A stretch of DNA of 64,000 bases from Candidatus Poribacteria bacterium. Lineage in GTDB: Bacteria; Poribacteria; WGA-4E; WGA-3G. The position numbers and the translations under genes are program-made. This document shows positions 47,350 through 57,462 of this stretch, piece by piece (position 1 is the stretch's first letter; each line of letters starts with the position of its first letter). Location: positions 23,318-87,317 of the forward strand of contig JAJDZB010000001.1 in assembly GCA_022824835.1 (NCBI GenBank). The letters are read 5' to 3'. Below the pieces are notes generated by a model. The model made no database searches, was not told the DNA's origin, and saw only the letters and a program-made list of their open reading frames with translations.

Positions 47350-49695
47350 GTGAAAGTTGAAATGCAACTCGGAAGTGAAAATCTTTCGATTGAAATGGGG
47401 AAAGTTGCTAAACAGGCAGATGGAGCCGTTTGGGTACAATACGGTGGAACAGTTGTCTTAGTGACAGTAGTCGCAGATGATCGCGAACATGATTTAGATT
47501 TTTTCCCGCTGACAGTAGATTATAGAGAGAGAGGTTACGCTGGCGGACGTATCCCAACCGTATACGGTAGACGTGAACCCCGTCCTGGAACATCGGAACA
47601 ACTTGTGGCAAGGCTTATTGACCACTGTATTCGTCCACTTTTTCCGAAAGAATTTAAAGCTGAAGTACAAGTTCTATGCACTGTCTTGTCATCAGATGGT
47701 ATGCATCCCGCAGATGTTCCCGCTTTAATTGGCACTTCTGCTGCACTGTCTGTTTCTGATATTCCGTTCAACGGTCCAGTTGCAGCAGTGACTGTCGGAA
47801 AAAAAGATGGTAAATTAATAATAAATCCAACTTATGAGGAATTACACACTTCTGAGATAGAAGTTTTTGTGAGCGGCACGTCAAATGCTGTCATGTCAGT
47901 CGAAGGTGGTGGACATGAGATACCAGACGATGAAGTAATTGACACTATTATCACAGCACATGAAGAAATTAAGGAGATTATTAAACTTCAAGAAGGCATC
48001 GTCGCTGTCTGTAGTCAGGAAAAACGTGCCTACGAAGCGAAATCAATAGAGGATACATTTAGCACACGCATCAGAGACCTTGCTACGGCTCGCATCAAAG
48101 AATCAATTGGAATGGCAGACAAACAGCTACGTGAAGATTACCTTGAACAGATTCAAGTGGACATTCTATCTGAAATCCACGAGGATGGACCTGAAGAAAA
48201 TGACCCGATTGCTGAACAGGATGCACGTTCAATCCTGAGTGATATAGAAAAAGAAGAGATGCGTAGTGCTATCCTTGGTGAAGGGAAACGGGTTGACGGT
48301 CGCGGTGTTACAGATATACGCGCAATTTCAGGTGAAGTCGCTCTCCTGCCAAGAACACACGGTTCTGCACTTTTCTCACGCGGACAGACGCAAGCACTCT
48401 GTGTTACGACACTCGGCACGACAGGGGATGAGGATGTACAACGCGGTCTTGATGGCGAAGTGCGTAGAGGTTTCTTCTTACACTATAACTTCCCTCCGTT
48501 TAGCACCGGTGAAGTCAGACGCATGATGGGACCCGGACGTAGAGAAATCGGACACGGTGCACTGGCACAGAAAGCCCTTGAACCGGTTATTCCGAGTAAA
48601 GAAGATTTCAACTATACAATTCGCGTTGTCGCAGAAATACTGGAATCAAACGCTTCCTCTTCCATGGCAACCGTGTGTGGCGCCAGTTTAGCACTCATGG
48701 ATGCAGGTGTTCCGCTAAAGAAACCTGTTGCTGGGATCGGTGTCGGATTGATTAAAGAAGGAGACCGAGAAGTTATCTTGACTGATATGCTGGGGACTGA
48801 GGATTTTCTCGGCGATATGGACTTTAAAGTCGCTGGTACGACTGAAGGTGTGACAGCGATTCAGATGGATATCAAAATAGACGGTGTTACCCCTGAACTG
48901 ATGCGGCGGGCAATTCATCAGGCAAAAGAAGCACGTTTGGCAGTTATTGAGCAGATGAACGCAGTCATGAGCGAACCACGCGCAGAGTTATCACCTTATG
49001 CACCACGTATCTACACACTCCAAATTGCACCAGAAAAAATCAAAGACCTTATTGGACCGAGAGGCAAGACTGTTCAAGGTATTCAAGAGGAAACGAATAC
49101 GACCATCAATATTCAAGATGATGGTATGGTTGAAATTGCGTCAACAAGTGCTGAAGATGTGAAACGGGCTGAAGAGAAAATACGTGAAGTTACAGCCATG
49201 CCTGAAATTGGTAAAGAATATAATGGAAAAGTCGTTCGGACAGCGTCCTTCGGTGCTTTCGTTGAAATTCTCCCCGGTAAAGATGGACTTGTACACATAT
49301 CCCAGATGGGTGACGGTTATGTCCGCAGAGCCGAAGATGTCATGCAAGTAGGGGACGAGGTAACCGTAAAAATACTCACGATAGACGAACAAGGCAGGAT
49401 AGACCTTTCGCTTATTGCTGCTAACGGTGTCCCACTTGCCGAACTTGACACCTCACCAAGTTCAGAGGGAGACGAAGCTCCCCGTGAACCACGGGAACAG
49501 AACCGAGGTAATTATAGAGATAACCGTCCGTATCGTGATAATCGAGATAATCGTGATAATCGAGATTCACGTGATAGTCGTGATAGTCGTGATAATCGTG
49601 ATAGAGATAGACGCAACAATAGATATGATCAGCGCGATAATTCTCGCGACAACCGAAATCGCAGATCGCCACGTCTGCCGAAAGGTAGGTTTTAG
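47350..49695 (+). CDS. pnp: Polyribonucleotide nucleotidyltransferase
   Basis: DFFPLTVDY, RTHGSALFSRGQTQ, RREIGHG, GDMDFKVAGT, KH and S1 domains; follows rpsO. Confidence 0.98.
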   Translation: MKVEMQLGSENLSIEMGKVAKQADGAVWVQYGGTVVLVTVVADDREHDLDFFPLTVDYRERGYAGGRIPTVYGRREPRPGTSEQLVARLIDHCIRPLFPKEFKAEVQVLCTVLSSDGMHPADVPALIGTSAALSVSDIPFNGPVAAVTVGKKDGKLIINPTYEELHTSEIEVFVSGTSNAVMSVEGGGHEIPDDEVIDTIITAHEEIKEIIKLQEGIVAVCSQEKRAYEAKSIEDTFSTRIRDLATARIKESIGMADKQLREDYLEQIQVDILSEIHEDGPEENDPIAEQDARSILSDIEKEEMRSAILGEGKRVDGRGVTDIRAISGEVALLPRTHGSALFSRGQTQALCVTTLGTTGDEDVQRGLDGEVRRGFFLHYNFPPFSTGEVRRMMGPGRREIGHGALAQKALEPVIPSKEDFNYTIRVVAEILESNASSSMATVCGASLALMDAGVPLKKPVAGIGVGLIKEGDREVILTDMLGTEDFLGDMDFKVAGTTEGVTAIQMDIKIDGVTPELMRRAIHQAKEARLAVIEQMNAVMSEPRAELSPYAPRIYTLQIAPEKIKDLIGPRGKTVQGIQEETNTTINIQDDGMVEIASTSAEDVKRAEEKIREVTAMPEIGKEYNGKVVRTASFGAFVEILPGKDGLVHISQMGDGYVRRAEDVMQVGDEVTVKILTIDEQGRIDLSLIAANGVPLAELDTSPSSEGDEAPREPREQNRGNYRDNRPYRDNRDNRDNRDSRDSRDSRDNRDRDRRNNRYDQRDNSRDNRNRRSPRLPKGRF
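49515..49660 (+). repeat. Coding 9-bp tandem repeats (CGTGATAAT/CGTGATAGT) giving an RDN/RDS tail on PNPase
   Basis: RDNRDNRDNRDSRDSRDSRDNRDRDRR. Confidence 0.85.
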
Positions 49696-49720
49696 GTGAG
49701 GTCTTGTGTAGCCTCTGTAG

Positions 49721-50035
49721 GTGATCCTCATGAGAACTCGTAATTCCCGTGTCAGAAGACAGATTCAAGCAGAGAAGGGGGATCTGCTTTCCCAGAAATG
49801 GATGACGAATCTACTTGCGTTAATCCTCATCTTTCTTGTCGTCGCTTTTGTTGTCTTGTCTATTCCATCAGTCAAAAAGCAGATAGTTGAATTTATACGT
49901 GTGTTACGTTATGGAAAAGAACAGCAACCTGAACGCCCGAGGATTAACCCGAGTAGACTTCAAAATCCGTTTTCTGCCCCGTTGCTTCTACTAAAAGGAG
50001 ATGATATACATGCATACCAAACGGGTGCGTTATAG
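49721..50035 (+). CDS. Small hypothetical single-pass membrane protein
   Basis: One hydrophobic helix, LLALILIFLVVAFVVLSI; co-oriented in the operon; start uncertain. Confidence 0.55.
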   Translation: MILMRTRNSRVRRQIQAEKGDLLSQKWMTNLLALILIFLVVAFVVLSIPSVKKQIVEFIRVLRYGKEQQPERPRINPSRLQNPFSAPLLLLKGDDIHAYQTGAL

Positions 50036-50633
50036 CACAACATTTTCTTTTACCGATCTTGCAATTCTTCTCAAGTTAATGGAATCAAATAAAAGACATC
50101 ATAGTTCCCTGAACGCTGCCCCTTTACTGTTGATATGCTTTAGTCTCTTAGTTCCATTTTGTTTGTTGACAGGATGTGGTTATGTATCCACTTCGTCTTA
50201 TCTTGAGCATATTGAAACTATTAACATACCCCCAATTGAGATAATAGATCCCGATTTTGCCTATGATAATATCTCACAACGTCCATTTGATGAAATTATT
50301 CACGAGAAATTAACTGAACGTTTTAACCGCAAATGGAACGATGGGAGCGATTGTCGGTTAACGATGCGGATACAGGACTACGACATAAAAGAACACGGTT
50401 TTGGACCGAGTGGTAACGTCGAGTTGTTGCGGATGATTTTGCAGGTTGAATATGAATTTTTTGACAATGTCAGACGCAATCTCATAGAACGGAGAGATAA
50501 TCACCTACAGATACACGACTTTTATGTTGTTGATAATCGGGGTGAACCCCCAGAGACATTAGACCAAGCAAAGAATCTGATTGTAGAGGAACTCATTGAG
50601 GACCTTTACAATCAACTTGCCGAACAGTGGTAA
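50001..50633 (+). CDS. LptE-like lipoprotein
   Basis: Lipobox LLTGCGY, then YLEHIETINIP and a C-terminal helix ending in W. True start may be 50010 or 50079. Confidence 0.55.
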   Translation: MIYMHTKRVRYSTTFSFTDLAILLKLMESNKRHHSSLNAAPLLLICFSLLVPFCLLTGCGYVSTSSYLEHIETINIPPIEIIDPDFAYDNISQRPFDEIIHEKLTERFNRKWNDGSDCRLTMRIQDYDIKEHGFGPSGNVELLRMILQVEYEFFDNVRRNLIERRDNHLQIHDFYVVDNRGEPPETLDQAKNLIVEELIEDLYNQLAEQW

Positions 50634-50640
50634 TTGTATA

Positions 50641-51738
50641 ATGCGCATCCAATCTGTGCTGCTTTGTTGTATTGCTATTGTGATGTTTTCTTCATGCCAG
50701 CAAGAACAAGGTAATTATACATCAGTTTACCAAGCGCATGCGTATATTTTCGGTGTTTGGAAAGCACCTTCTGTGAAGATTGCAAAAGGTGCAATAGCCA
50801 ACATTTCTGTGAACATCCGGTCAAAATACCCACCTGATATTTTCCAAGACAAAAAGACACAAGAACAGATAAATACAGAAGAGAAAAAAGACGAAATTCA
50901 GCCTAACCATGATTTAGGTTCACCTTTTGAAACCCTCCCTATCAAAACCACTGCCATCCCCGAAACACTATTACCAGAAGATGGTGAAACGAAAGACTGG
51001 ATACGTTCTCGCCAACCTTCAATGTACAATCCCCAGAACATCTATCGTGATCGGTATGTTCCTTTAGATATCTACCCTGAAATGTATCACAAATATGGAT
51101 TTCAAAGACAAGCGGAAACAGAATATCAGAGTCGGAAATTTGGATCAATCCCATTAATATTGCTTGAGATATTTGATATGGGAACACCTGAAAACGCTTA
51201 TGGAATATATAGTCTAAACAGTTATCCATTGCCACAATATGAATGGGTGGGATGTAAAGCCATTATTTCTGGAAAGAATCTTTGGTTCTGGAAAGGCAAG
51301 TATTTTATTCAGATGGAAGGTTATGAGATTGCGCCAGGGATACGTGAAGGGATGGTTGAATTAGCGCAAGTCGTAGCCAAGAAAATCCAAGACCCACCGC
51401 AAAAAATACCGATGCTTGAAATCCTACCGCAGTACATTGATGGTAGTGACAGAATGTTCACGTCGAATTGGGTATTAGAGCACGTGGATAAGTCTCTGCC
51501 TAACGTTCTGCCGATGATGGGAGATGGTTCAGTCGGTGTATTAGCACGAACTAAATACGGTCTAAAAAATACGCGAAATTCGTATATTGTATTTGTTTTA
51601 CGGTATGAGACAAATGCTGATGCGGAGTCCGCATACCTCGCGTATCAGGACGCATTAACATCACAAAATGTCACCTTTGAAAAAGTATCGCAAAACGGTG
51701 CAATTCTTATTGATGAAACAATTGCAGAACAGCAGTAG
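50641..51738 (+). CDS. Lipoprotein, DUF6599-like
   Basis: Lipobox MFSSC; LEIFDMGTPENAYGIYS and FWKGKYFI. Confidence 0.6.
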   Translation: MRIQSVLLCCIAIVMFSSCQQEQGNYTSVYQAHAYIFGVWKAPSVKIAKGAIANISVNIRSKYPPDIFQDKKTQEQINTEEKKDEIQPNHDLGSPFETLPIKTTAIPETLLPEDGETKDWIRSRQPSMYNPQNIYRDRYVPLDIYPEMYHKYGFQRQAETEYQSRKFGSIPLILLEIFDMGTPENAYGIYSLNSYPLPQYEWVGCKAIISGKNLWFWKGKYFIQMEGYEIAPGIREGMVELAQVVAKKIQDPPQKIPMLEILPQYIDGSDRMFTSNWVLEHVDKSLPNVLPMMGDGSVGVLARTKYGLKNTRNSYIVFVLRYETNADAESAYLAYQDALTSQNVTFEKVSQNGAILIDETIAEQQ

Positions 51739-51953
51739 AGGTATTCACTTATGCGTGGCGATTTTGAAGCATATCTGAATGATTCATTACACTTCTCCGT
51801 GCAACAAAAATCGTGATATACCCGTAGCACATTCATCTTGATTGTGCTTCTTTGAACAACAACTATCCTTCATTGCGTCTCTCTGTACAACATTGATAAG
51901 ACCCAATTCTGAGCAGAAACATTATGGAATCTTGCAGATGAACGAGGTAAGTG

Positions 51954-54191
51954 ATGAAAAAACTAATACTAATTTTAATTATTTTTTCTTTTTCCTTGGT
52001 ATTAAGCCACGCCCAAGATCAGATTTTAGACTACACACGCTGGGGTTTGCCGGAAGGAGTCATTGCGCGCATCGGCAGAGGAACCAGAACCGCACCTGTA
52101 GCAATTTCTCCAGAGACGACTCGCCTCGCTATTGCAACTACTATCGGAATTTGGCTTTACGATTCGGAAACGTATCAAGAAATCACATTATTGGCACCAC
52201 ATAAACCCACTTGTACAGCGTTAACGTTCTCACCAGATGGAAGAACGCTTGCAACAGGAACTGCGGATGGTAAAATTCGGTTATGGAAATCGGAAACAGG
52301 GGCAAGTAAAGAAACGCTTGTCGGACATACGGGTCCAATAAGTAAACTAACATTTACACAAAATGGTGAAACACTTATCAGTACAGGAGGGAATTGGGAA
52401 GGGGACAGAACAATTAAGTTGTGGAATACTGAAACATGGACAAATAGAACGACACTTCCGCTAAAGGTTGTGAATAATGCCGTAGCACTTTCTCCTGATG
52501 GTAACGTACTCGCAGTCAATCATTCAGAAGAGATCGGGTTGTGGGACGTTAAAACAGGTAAACAGATTGCACGCGTTAGAGATAAGAAAATCTCTTTTAC
52601 TTTAGTATATCAATTAGAATTTTCTCCAGATGGCGAATTACTTGCTATTGGAAACAGTAATGAAATTTATTTGTGGGATACCAAAATTCAGCAGTTTCGA
52701 ACAATTCTCATAGGACATGAATCAATGGTGAGTGTCCTGAAATTCTCACCTGATTCCAACATCCTTGCGTCTACAAGCAGACATTATGAGGGTCAAGGAA
52801 CAGGAACATCAGTCTGGTTGTGGGATACTACAACAGATCAACATATAGCAACACTCCTGGGACATAAAGAGGGGGTTCGGTTATTTGAATTTTCCCCTGA
52901 TAGTAACACATTGGTCAGCACAAGTGGTGATCTGACGATCCGATTGTGGGACATCAATACTGGACAGCTCAATGCATCCCTCATAGAACACAAAACGAAT
53001 ATTTTCTCTCTTGAATTTACACCAGACAGAACAACCTTAATCGCAAGAGATTGGGACGCAAATATTCATTCCTGGGATTTAAAAACAGGCGAACACAAAA
53101 ACGTTCTCACTGGACAGACGCATCAAAGAACCACAAAATTTGCACAGCAAAAATATGACCGATTTTCATGGTACTCACCAGCAATATTCTCCGCTGATGG
53201 ACAAACCTTGTACTGCGCAAATGTTGATAATACAATTTGCATGTACGACACGAACGCAGGAAAACTGAAGAAAAAACTTACTGGATACACGTTTCAACCC
53301 TATCGAGTTGTGTTTTCACCAAATAAACAAACAATAGCGAATGCAGGATTGGACAACACAATCCACTTATGGGATATAAACACTGGTAAAATCAAAGTAA
53401 CGCTCAAGACAGATGTGAAAGATATTATACCAATGGCATTCTCACCTGATGGAAAAATACTTGCAAGTCGGGGGCAAAACGATATTCAATTATGGGACGT
53501 CAAGGTAGATACCGCTAATGCAGCATCTAAAAGGTCTACCTTAAGACAGTTAATGCACTTAATTAGTTTTGTTCAAGATCGGGCTCCACTCCGATATCAA
53601 AGGCAGCTGGCGAACTTTGCGCGTACTGTCCGGAACAAGGATATCCGTTCCGAACAGTATCGTGCAACTCTTAAAGGGCACACCGGTCATGTTGGAGCTG
53701 TATCGTTTTCACCCGATGGGAAAACGCTCGCAAGTGGCGGTAGTTGGAACGATACAACAAGAAAGTCCGATACTACAATCCGGTTATGGGATTCACAGAC
53801 AGCGCAATCTGAAGCAATTCTCACTGGACACACCTCTGAAATCAGATGTCTCAGTTTCTCTCCCGATGGAAAAATACTCGCAAGTGGAAGTCAGGACAAT
53901 ACTATCAGGTTGTGGAATACATCGACATACGAGAAAATATCAATCCTCACAGGACATTCCAAAGTCGTTTTAACTGTTGTGTTTTCTCCCGATGGAAAAA
54001 CACTCGCAAGTGGAGGGTATGATAACACCATCAGATTGTGGGATGTCCCATCTGGTAAACTCAGGAGAATTCTGAATGGACACGTAGGAACAATATTCTA
54101 TCTCACGTTTTCTCCAGATGGTGATATACTTGCCAGCGTAAGTCGTGACGGAACAATTCTGTTATGGGACATGCAGGAAACAGGCGAATGA
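51954..54191 (+). CDS. Secreted WD40-repeat protein
   Basis: Signal peptide, GLPEGVIARIGRG, many FSPDG..LASG..D.TIRLWD repeats. Confidence 0.92.
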   Translation: MKKLILILIIFSFSLVLSHAQDQILDYTRWGLPEGVIARIGRGTRTAPVAISPETTRLAIATTIGIWLYDSETYQEITLLAPHKPTCTALTFSPDGRTLATGTADGKIRLWKSETGASKETLVGHTGPISKLTFTQNGETLISTGGNWEGDRTIKLWNTETWTNRTTLPLKVVNNAVALSPDGNVLAVNHSEEIGLWDVKTGKQIARVRDKKISFTLVYQLEFSPDGELLAIGNSNEIYLWDTKIQQFRTILIGHESMVSVLKFSPDSNILASTSRHYEGQGTGTSVWLWDTTTDQHIATLLGHKEGVRLFEFSPDSNTLVSTSGDLTIRLWDINTGQLNASLIEHKTNIFSLEFTPDRTTLIARDWDANIHSWDLKTGEHKNVLTGQTHQRTTKFAQQKYDRFSWYSPAIFSADGQTLYCANVDNTICMYDTNAGKLKKKLTGYTFQPYRVVFSPNKQTIANAGLDNTIHLWDINTGKIKVTLKTDVKDIIPMAFSPDGKILASRGQNDIQLWDVKVDTANAASKRSTLRQLMHLISFVQDRAPLRYQRQLANFARTVRNKDIRSEQYRATLKGHTGHVGAVSFSPDGKTLASGGSWNDTTRKSDTTIRLWDSQTAQSEAILTGHTSEIRCLSFSPDGKILASGSQDNTIRLWNTSTYEKISILTGHSKVVLTVVFSPDGKTLASGGYDNTIRLWDVPSGKLRRILNGHVGTIFYLTFSPDGDILASVSRDGTILLWDMQETGE

Positions 54192-56119
54192 GAGTTTTCA
54201 TCACAATCCTATTTTTATTTTTGCCATTTAGCCAAAACGGGTGGACCGATGATTATCGGCAATGGTATCTACCGGAAGGGGCAACGATGCGTCTTGGTAA
54301 AGGTAAGGTATTTGATATTGCATTTTCACCGAACGGTAAACATTTTGCTGTGGCAAGTTCCATCGGGATATGGATATACGATACACACACCTACAAAGAA
54401 ATTGCGCTGATGACAGAAGATTGGGAAAATATATCGCCAATAAAAATGACCAAGATTACTTTCTCACAAGATGGGAATACACTTGCTACCATAAGTCCAA
54501 CACATAGTAGTAGTGCCGATGCCAGAATTCGGATTTGGAATGCTTACACGGGAAGAATAAAAACATACATCAAAGCAGGACATTCTACTGCCATTGTCAC
54601 ATTTGTCCTATCACCAAATGGGAAAACACTCGTAACTTGGAACTATGACAAAAAAATACGATTATGGGATACACAAACGGGTGAACATAAAGCAACTCTT
54701 ACGGGACAGGTGAACCCTGCGTTGGCTATTTCACCAGATGGAAATATGCTCGCAAGTGTCGGTGAAAATGAGACTACAATTCAACTTCGGGATATGGAAA
54801 CAACACAACTGATAAAAACCATCTCAACAGGCGGTACACATAAAGTCAATTGGTTAGCGTTTTTTTCTGATGCAGTACTTGCCTCTGGAAACTTGTATAA
54901 AACAGTTCGATTTTGGAACTTGAATACACTTGATCACACCGAAATAAGCCTCTCTGGAAATAGAAAGTATCTACCAGCATCTGCTTTTTCTCCTACTACA
55001 AGAATGTTGGCGAGTGCTACGCAGGATGATGTTGTTCAGCTATGGGATTTGCAAAAACAACAATCAACAATACTATCTACGGGTAATATCCGATCTTCAT
55101 CATTAGTCTTTTCTCCAAATGGTCTTCGTCTCGCATGTGCTGGGCTCGATGGGACTATTCGGTTCTATGATGTTAATACGCACCGAAACATTGCAAACAT
55201 CACCGGTCATTCAGGATATAGAAAATTATCGCTGGCATTCTCACAAGATGGAAATACGTTGGTTGGTAACGGGCAATTGTGGGAGCTGAAAACCGGACTT
55301 CCACACCATTCATTGACGCCACCTAACACCGGTTTTTATAATTACGCGTTTGACACACTCTCACCTGATGGTAAGATGTTGGCGAGTGCAAATCTTGAAG
55401 ACATTTTTCTTTCATACACGGAAACTGGTGCACTTCGTACAATACTCAAAGGGCATTTAAATAAAGTCCAATGTATTACTTTTTCACCTGATGGAAAAAT
55501 ACTTGCAAGTGGAGGATCAAAACAATCTTCTGGAGGCAACAAGCATCCTACTACGATTCGGTTATGGAACAGGATGACAGGAGAACTCAAAAACACTCTC
55601 ACTGGACATACAGATGGCGTGAGTTGTATTGCGTTTTCTCCCGATGGAAAAACACTCGCAAGTGGAGGAGGGGATAGTACAATCCGCTTCTGGGATCCTC
55701 ATACTGGAAAACAGAGAACAACACTCATCGGACATGAAGGTCCTGTCGTCCGTATTGCGTTTTCTCCCGATGGAAAAACACTCGCAAGTACCACTGGTTA
55801 TATTACCTATCGTCGTGGCAGAAAACCTAATTATGCCATTTGGTTATGGGATATAAATACCGGAAAACGTAAAAATACATATTCGGGACATACAGAAGAG
55901 GTAAATTCCATTGCGTTCTCTCCTGATGGTAAAACGTTGGCAAGTGCAAGTAAGGACATGACAATTCGGTTATGGGATATCCAAACAGGTAAACTTAGGA
56001 CGACCTTCACAGGGGATGGCAAGGAAGATTCTTCTGTAGCTTTCTCACCTGATGGCAAAATGTTGGCAAGTAGTCATCAAAACGGCACACTTCTGTTGTG
56101 GGATATTTCAAATAAGTGA
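54188..56119 (+). CDS. Secreted WD40-repeat protein
   Basis: ATGA overlap with the previous gene; LPEGATMRLGKG; WD repeats. Confidence 0.92.
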   Translation: MRVFITILFLFLPFSQNGWTDDYRQWYLPEGATMRLGKGKVFDIAFSPNGKHFAVASSIGIWIYDTHTYKEIALMTEDWENISPIKMTKITFSQDGNTLATISPTHSSSADARIRIWNAYTGRIKTYIKAGHSTAIVTFVLSPNGKTLVTWNYDKKIRLWDTQTGEHKATLTGQVNPALAISPDGNMLASVGENETTIQLRDMETTQLIKTISTGGTHKVNWLAFFSDAVLASGNLYKTVRFWNLNTLDHTEISLSGNRKYLPASAFSPTTRMLASATQDDVVQLWDLQKQQSTILSTGNIRSSSLVFSPNGLRLACAGLDGTIRFYDVNTHRNIANITGHSGYRKLSLAFSQDGNTLVGNGQLWELKTGLPHHSLTPPNTGFYNYAFDTLSPDGKMLASANLEDIFLSYTETGALRTILKGHLNKVQCITFSPDGKILASGGSKQSSGGNKHPTTIRLWNRMTGELKNTLTGHTDGVSCIAFSPDGKTLASGGGDSTIRFWDPHTGKQRTTLIGHEGPVVRIAFSPDGKTLASTTGYITYRRGRKPNYAIWLWDINTGKRKNTYSGHTEEVNSIAFSPDGKTLASASKDMTIRLWDIQTGKLRTTFTGDGKEDSSVAFSPDGKMLASSHQNGTLLLWDISNK

Positions 56120-57419
56120 GGAAACTGATGAGATTCTTGATTCCAATTCTAATCCTTCTTTGTGTTTCAAGCGGATTTACACAAGCTCAAAAAGTTGATT
56201 CTAACTACACATACTTGGGTTTACCTGAAGGCGCAAAAGCACGTCTTGGCAAAGGTAATATAGCACGGAGTAATGGTATAGCACTTTCACCTGATGGAAC
56301 CAGACTCGCTGCAGCAACGACTATTGGCGTATGGCTGTATGATACTGACACATCTAAAGAACTCGCTCTTCTCAAAGGACATACAGACACGGTCACTTGC
56401 GTAACCTTTTCCCCTGATGGAAAATATCTTGCAAGTGGCAGTACTGATATGACTATTCGACTATGGCATCCAGTAACAGGTGAATACATATTTACGTTGA
56501 CTGGACATGTAAGCGGAATCACGCTACTGAAGTTTTTGCCTGATGGTGAGACTCTTGCAAGCGGTAGTCGGGACGATACAATAAGGTTGTGGGATTTAAA
56601 GACACGACAACTCAAAGCAACGCTTGGTGGACATACTGGTGGTGTTTATTCTATAACATTCGCGCAGGATGGGAGCATGTTGGCGAGTAGTGGTTGGCAA
56701 AAAAACCTACTGTGGGACGCGAAAACAGGTGAACGACTCGCTACATTCATAGAGGAACTACCCGATAATCTTGAAAGACACAATCGATTTGGTAGAGTTA
56801 TATCTTGTGCGTTATCACCTGATGCAAGCACCCTTGTCAGTTGGGATATAAAACAAGGAATTCGGTTAAGGGATACAAAAACAGGAAAACGTATCACGGA
56901 TCTCACTCTCGAGGGGAGAACTTGGTTTAGTACCGTCGCATTGCCCCCCGATGGAAAAACACTCGCAAGTGGAGGGAAGGAAAACGAAATACAACTGTGG
57001 GACCTGAACACAAGAAAACCGCAGAAGACGCTAACAGGCCAGATGGGGTATGTAAGCAGTATTCTGTTCTCACCTAAGGGAGACACACTTGTTAGTCTCA
57101 ATCAAAGCAGGGCGGATTACAGGTTCCGGCAAATCAGGTTTTGGGACGTAAAAAAAGCGCAGTCAAAAGCATATTTCAGTTGGCAAACACAGTATATTTT
57201 TTCAACCATTTTCTCGGACGATGGGAACACATTCGCTGTCCACAATCGCAATGAAATCAGAGTCTGGGATGTCCAAACAGGACGACTCAAAACGACCATC
57301 ACAGGACATGATGAGATGGAATAGAGTCATTTTCTATTTCACGAGATGGCATGACATTGGTGAGTGGACATGAGGACGGCACAATCTTATTTTGGGATCT
57401 CATTAAGTATAGTAAGTAG
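56116..57419 (+). pseudogene. Secreted WD40-repeat protein with a frameshift in its last blade (open frame 56116-57324)
   Basis: Frame ends ITGHDEME*, while another frame continues GIESFSISRDGMTLVSGHEDGTILFWDLIKYSK* to 57419. Confidence 0.75.
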
Positions 57420-57462
57420 GTAGGGTAGAGCTTACGAAACCTACAAGAGAGGAGAGAGTTGG

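Noticed and set aside
51739-51950. Possible IS remnant or small ORF before the WD40 array
   Set aside because: No convincing terminal repeats or transposase motifs.
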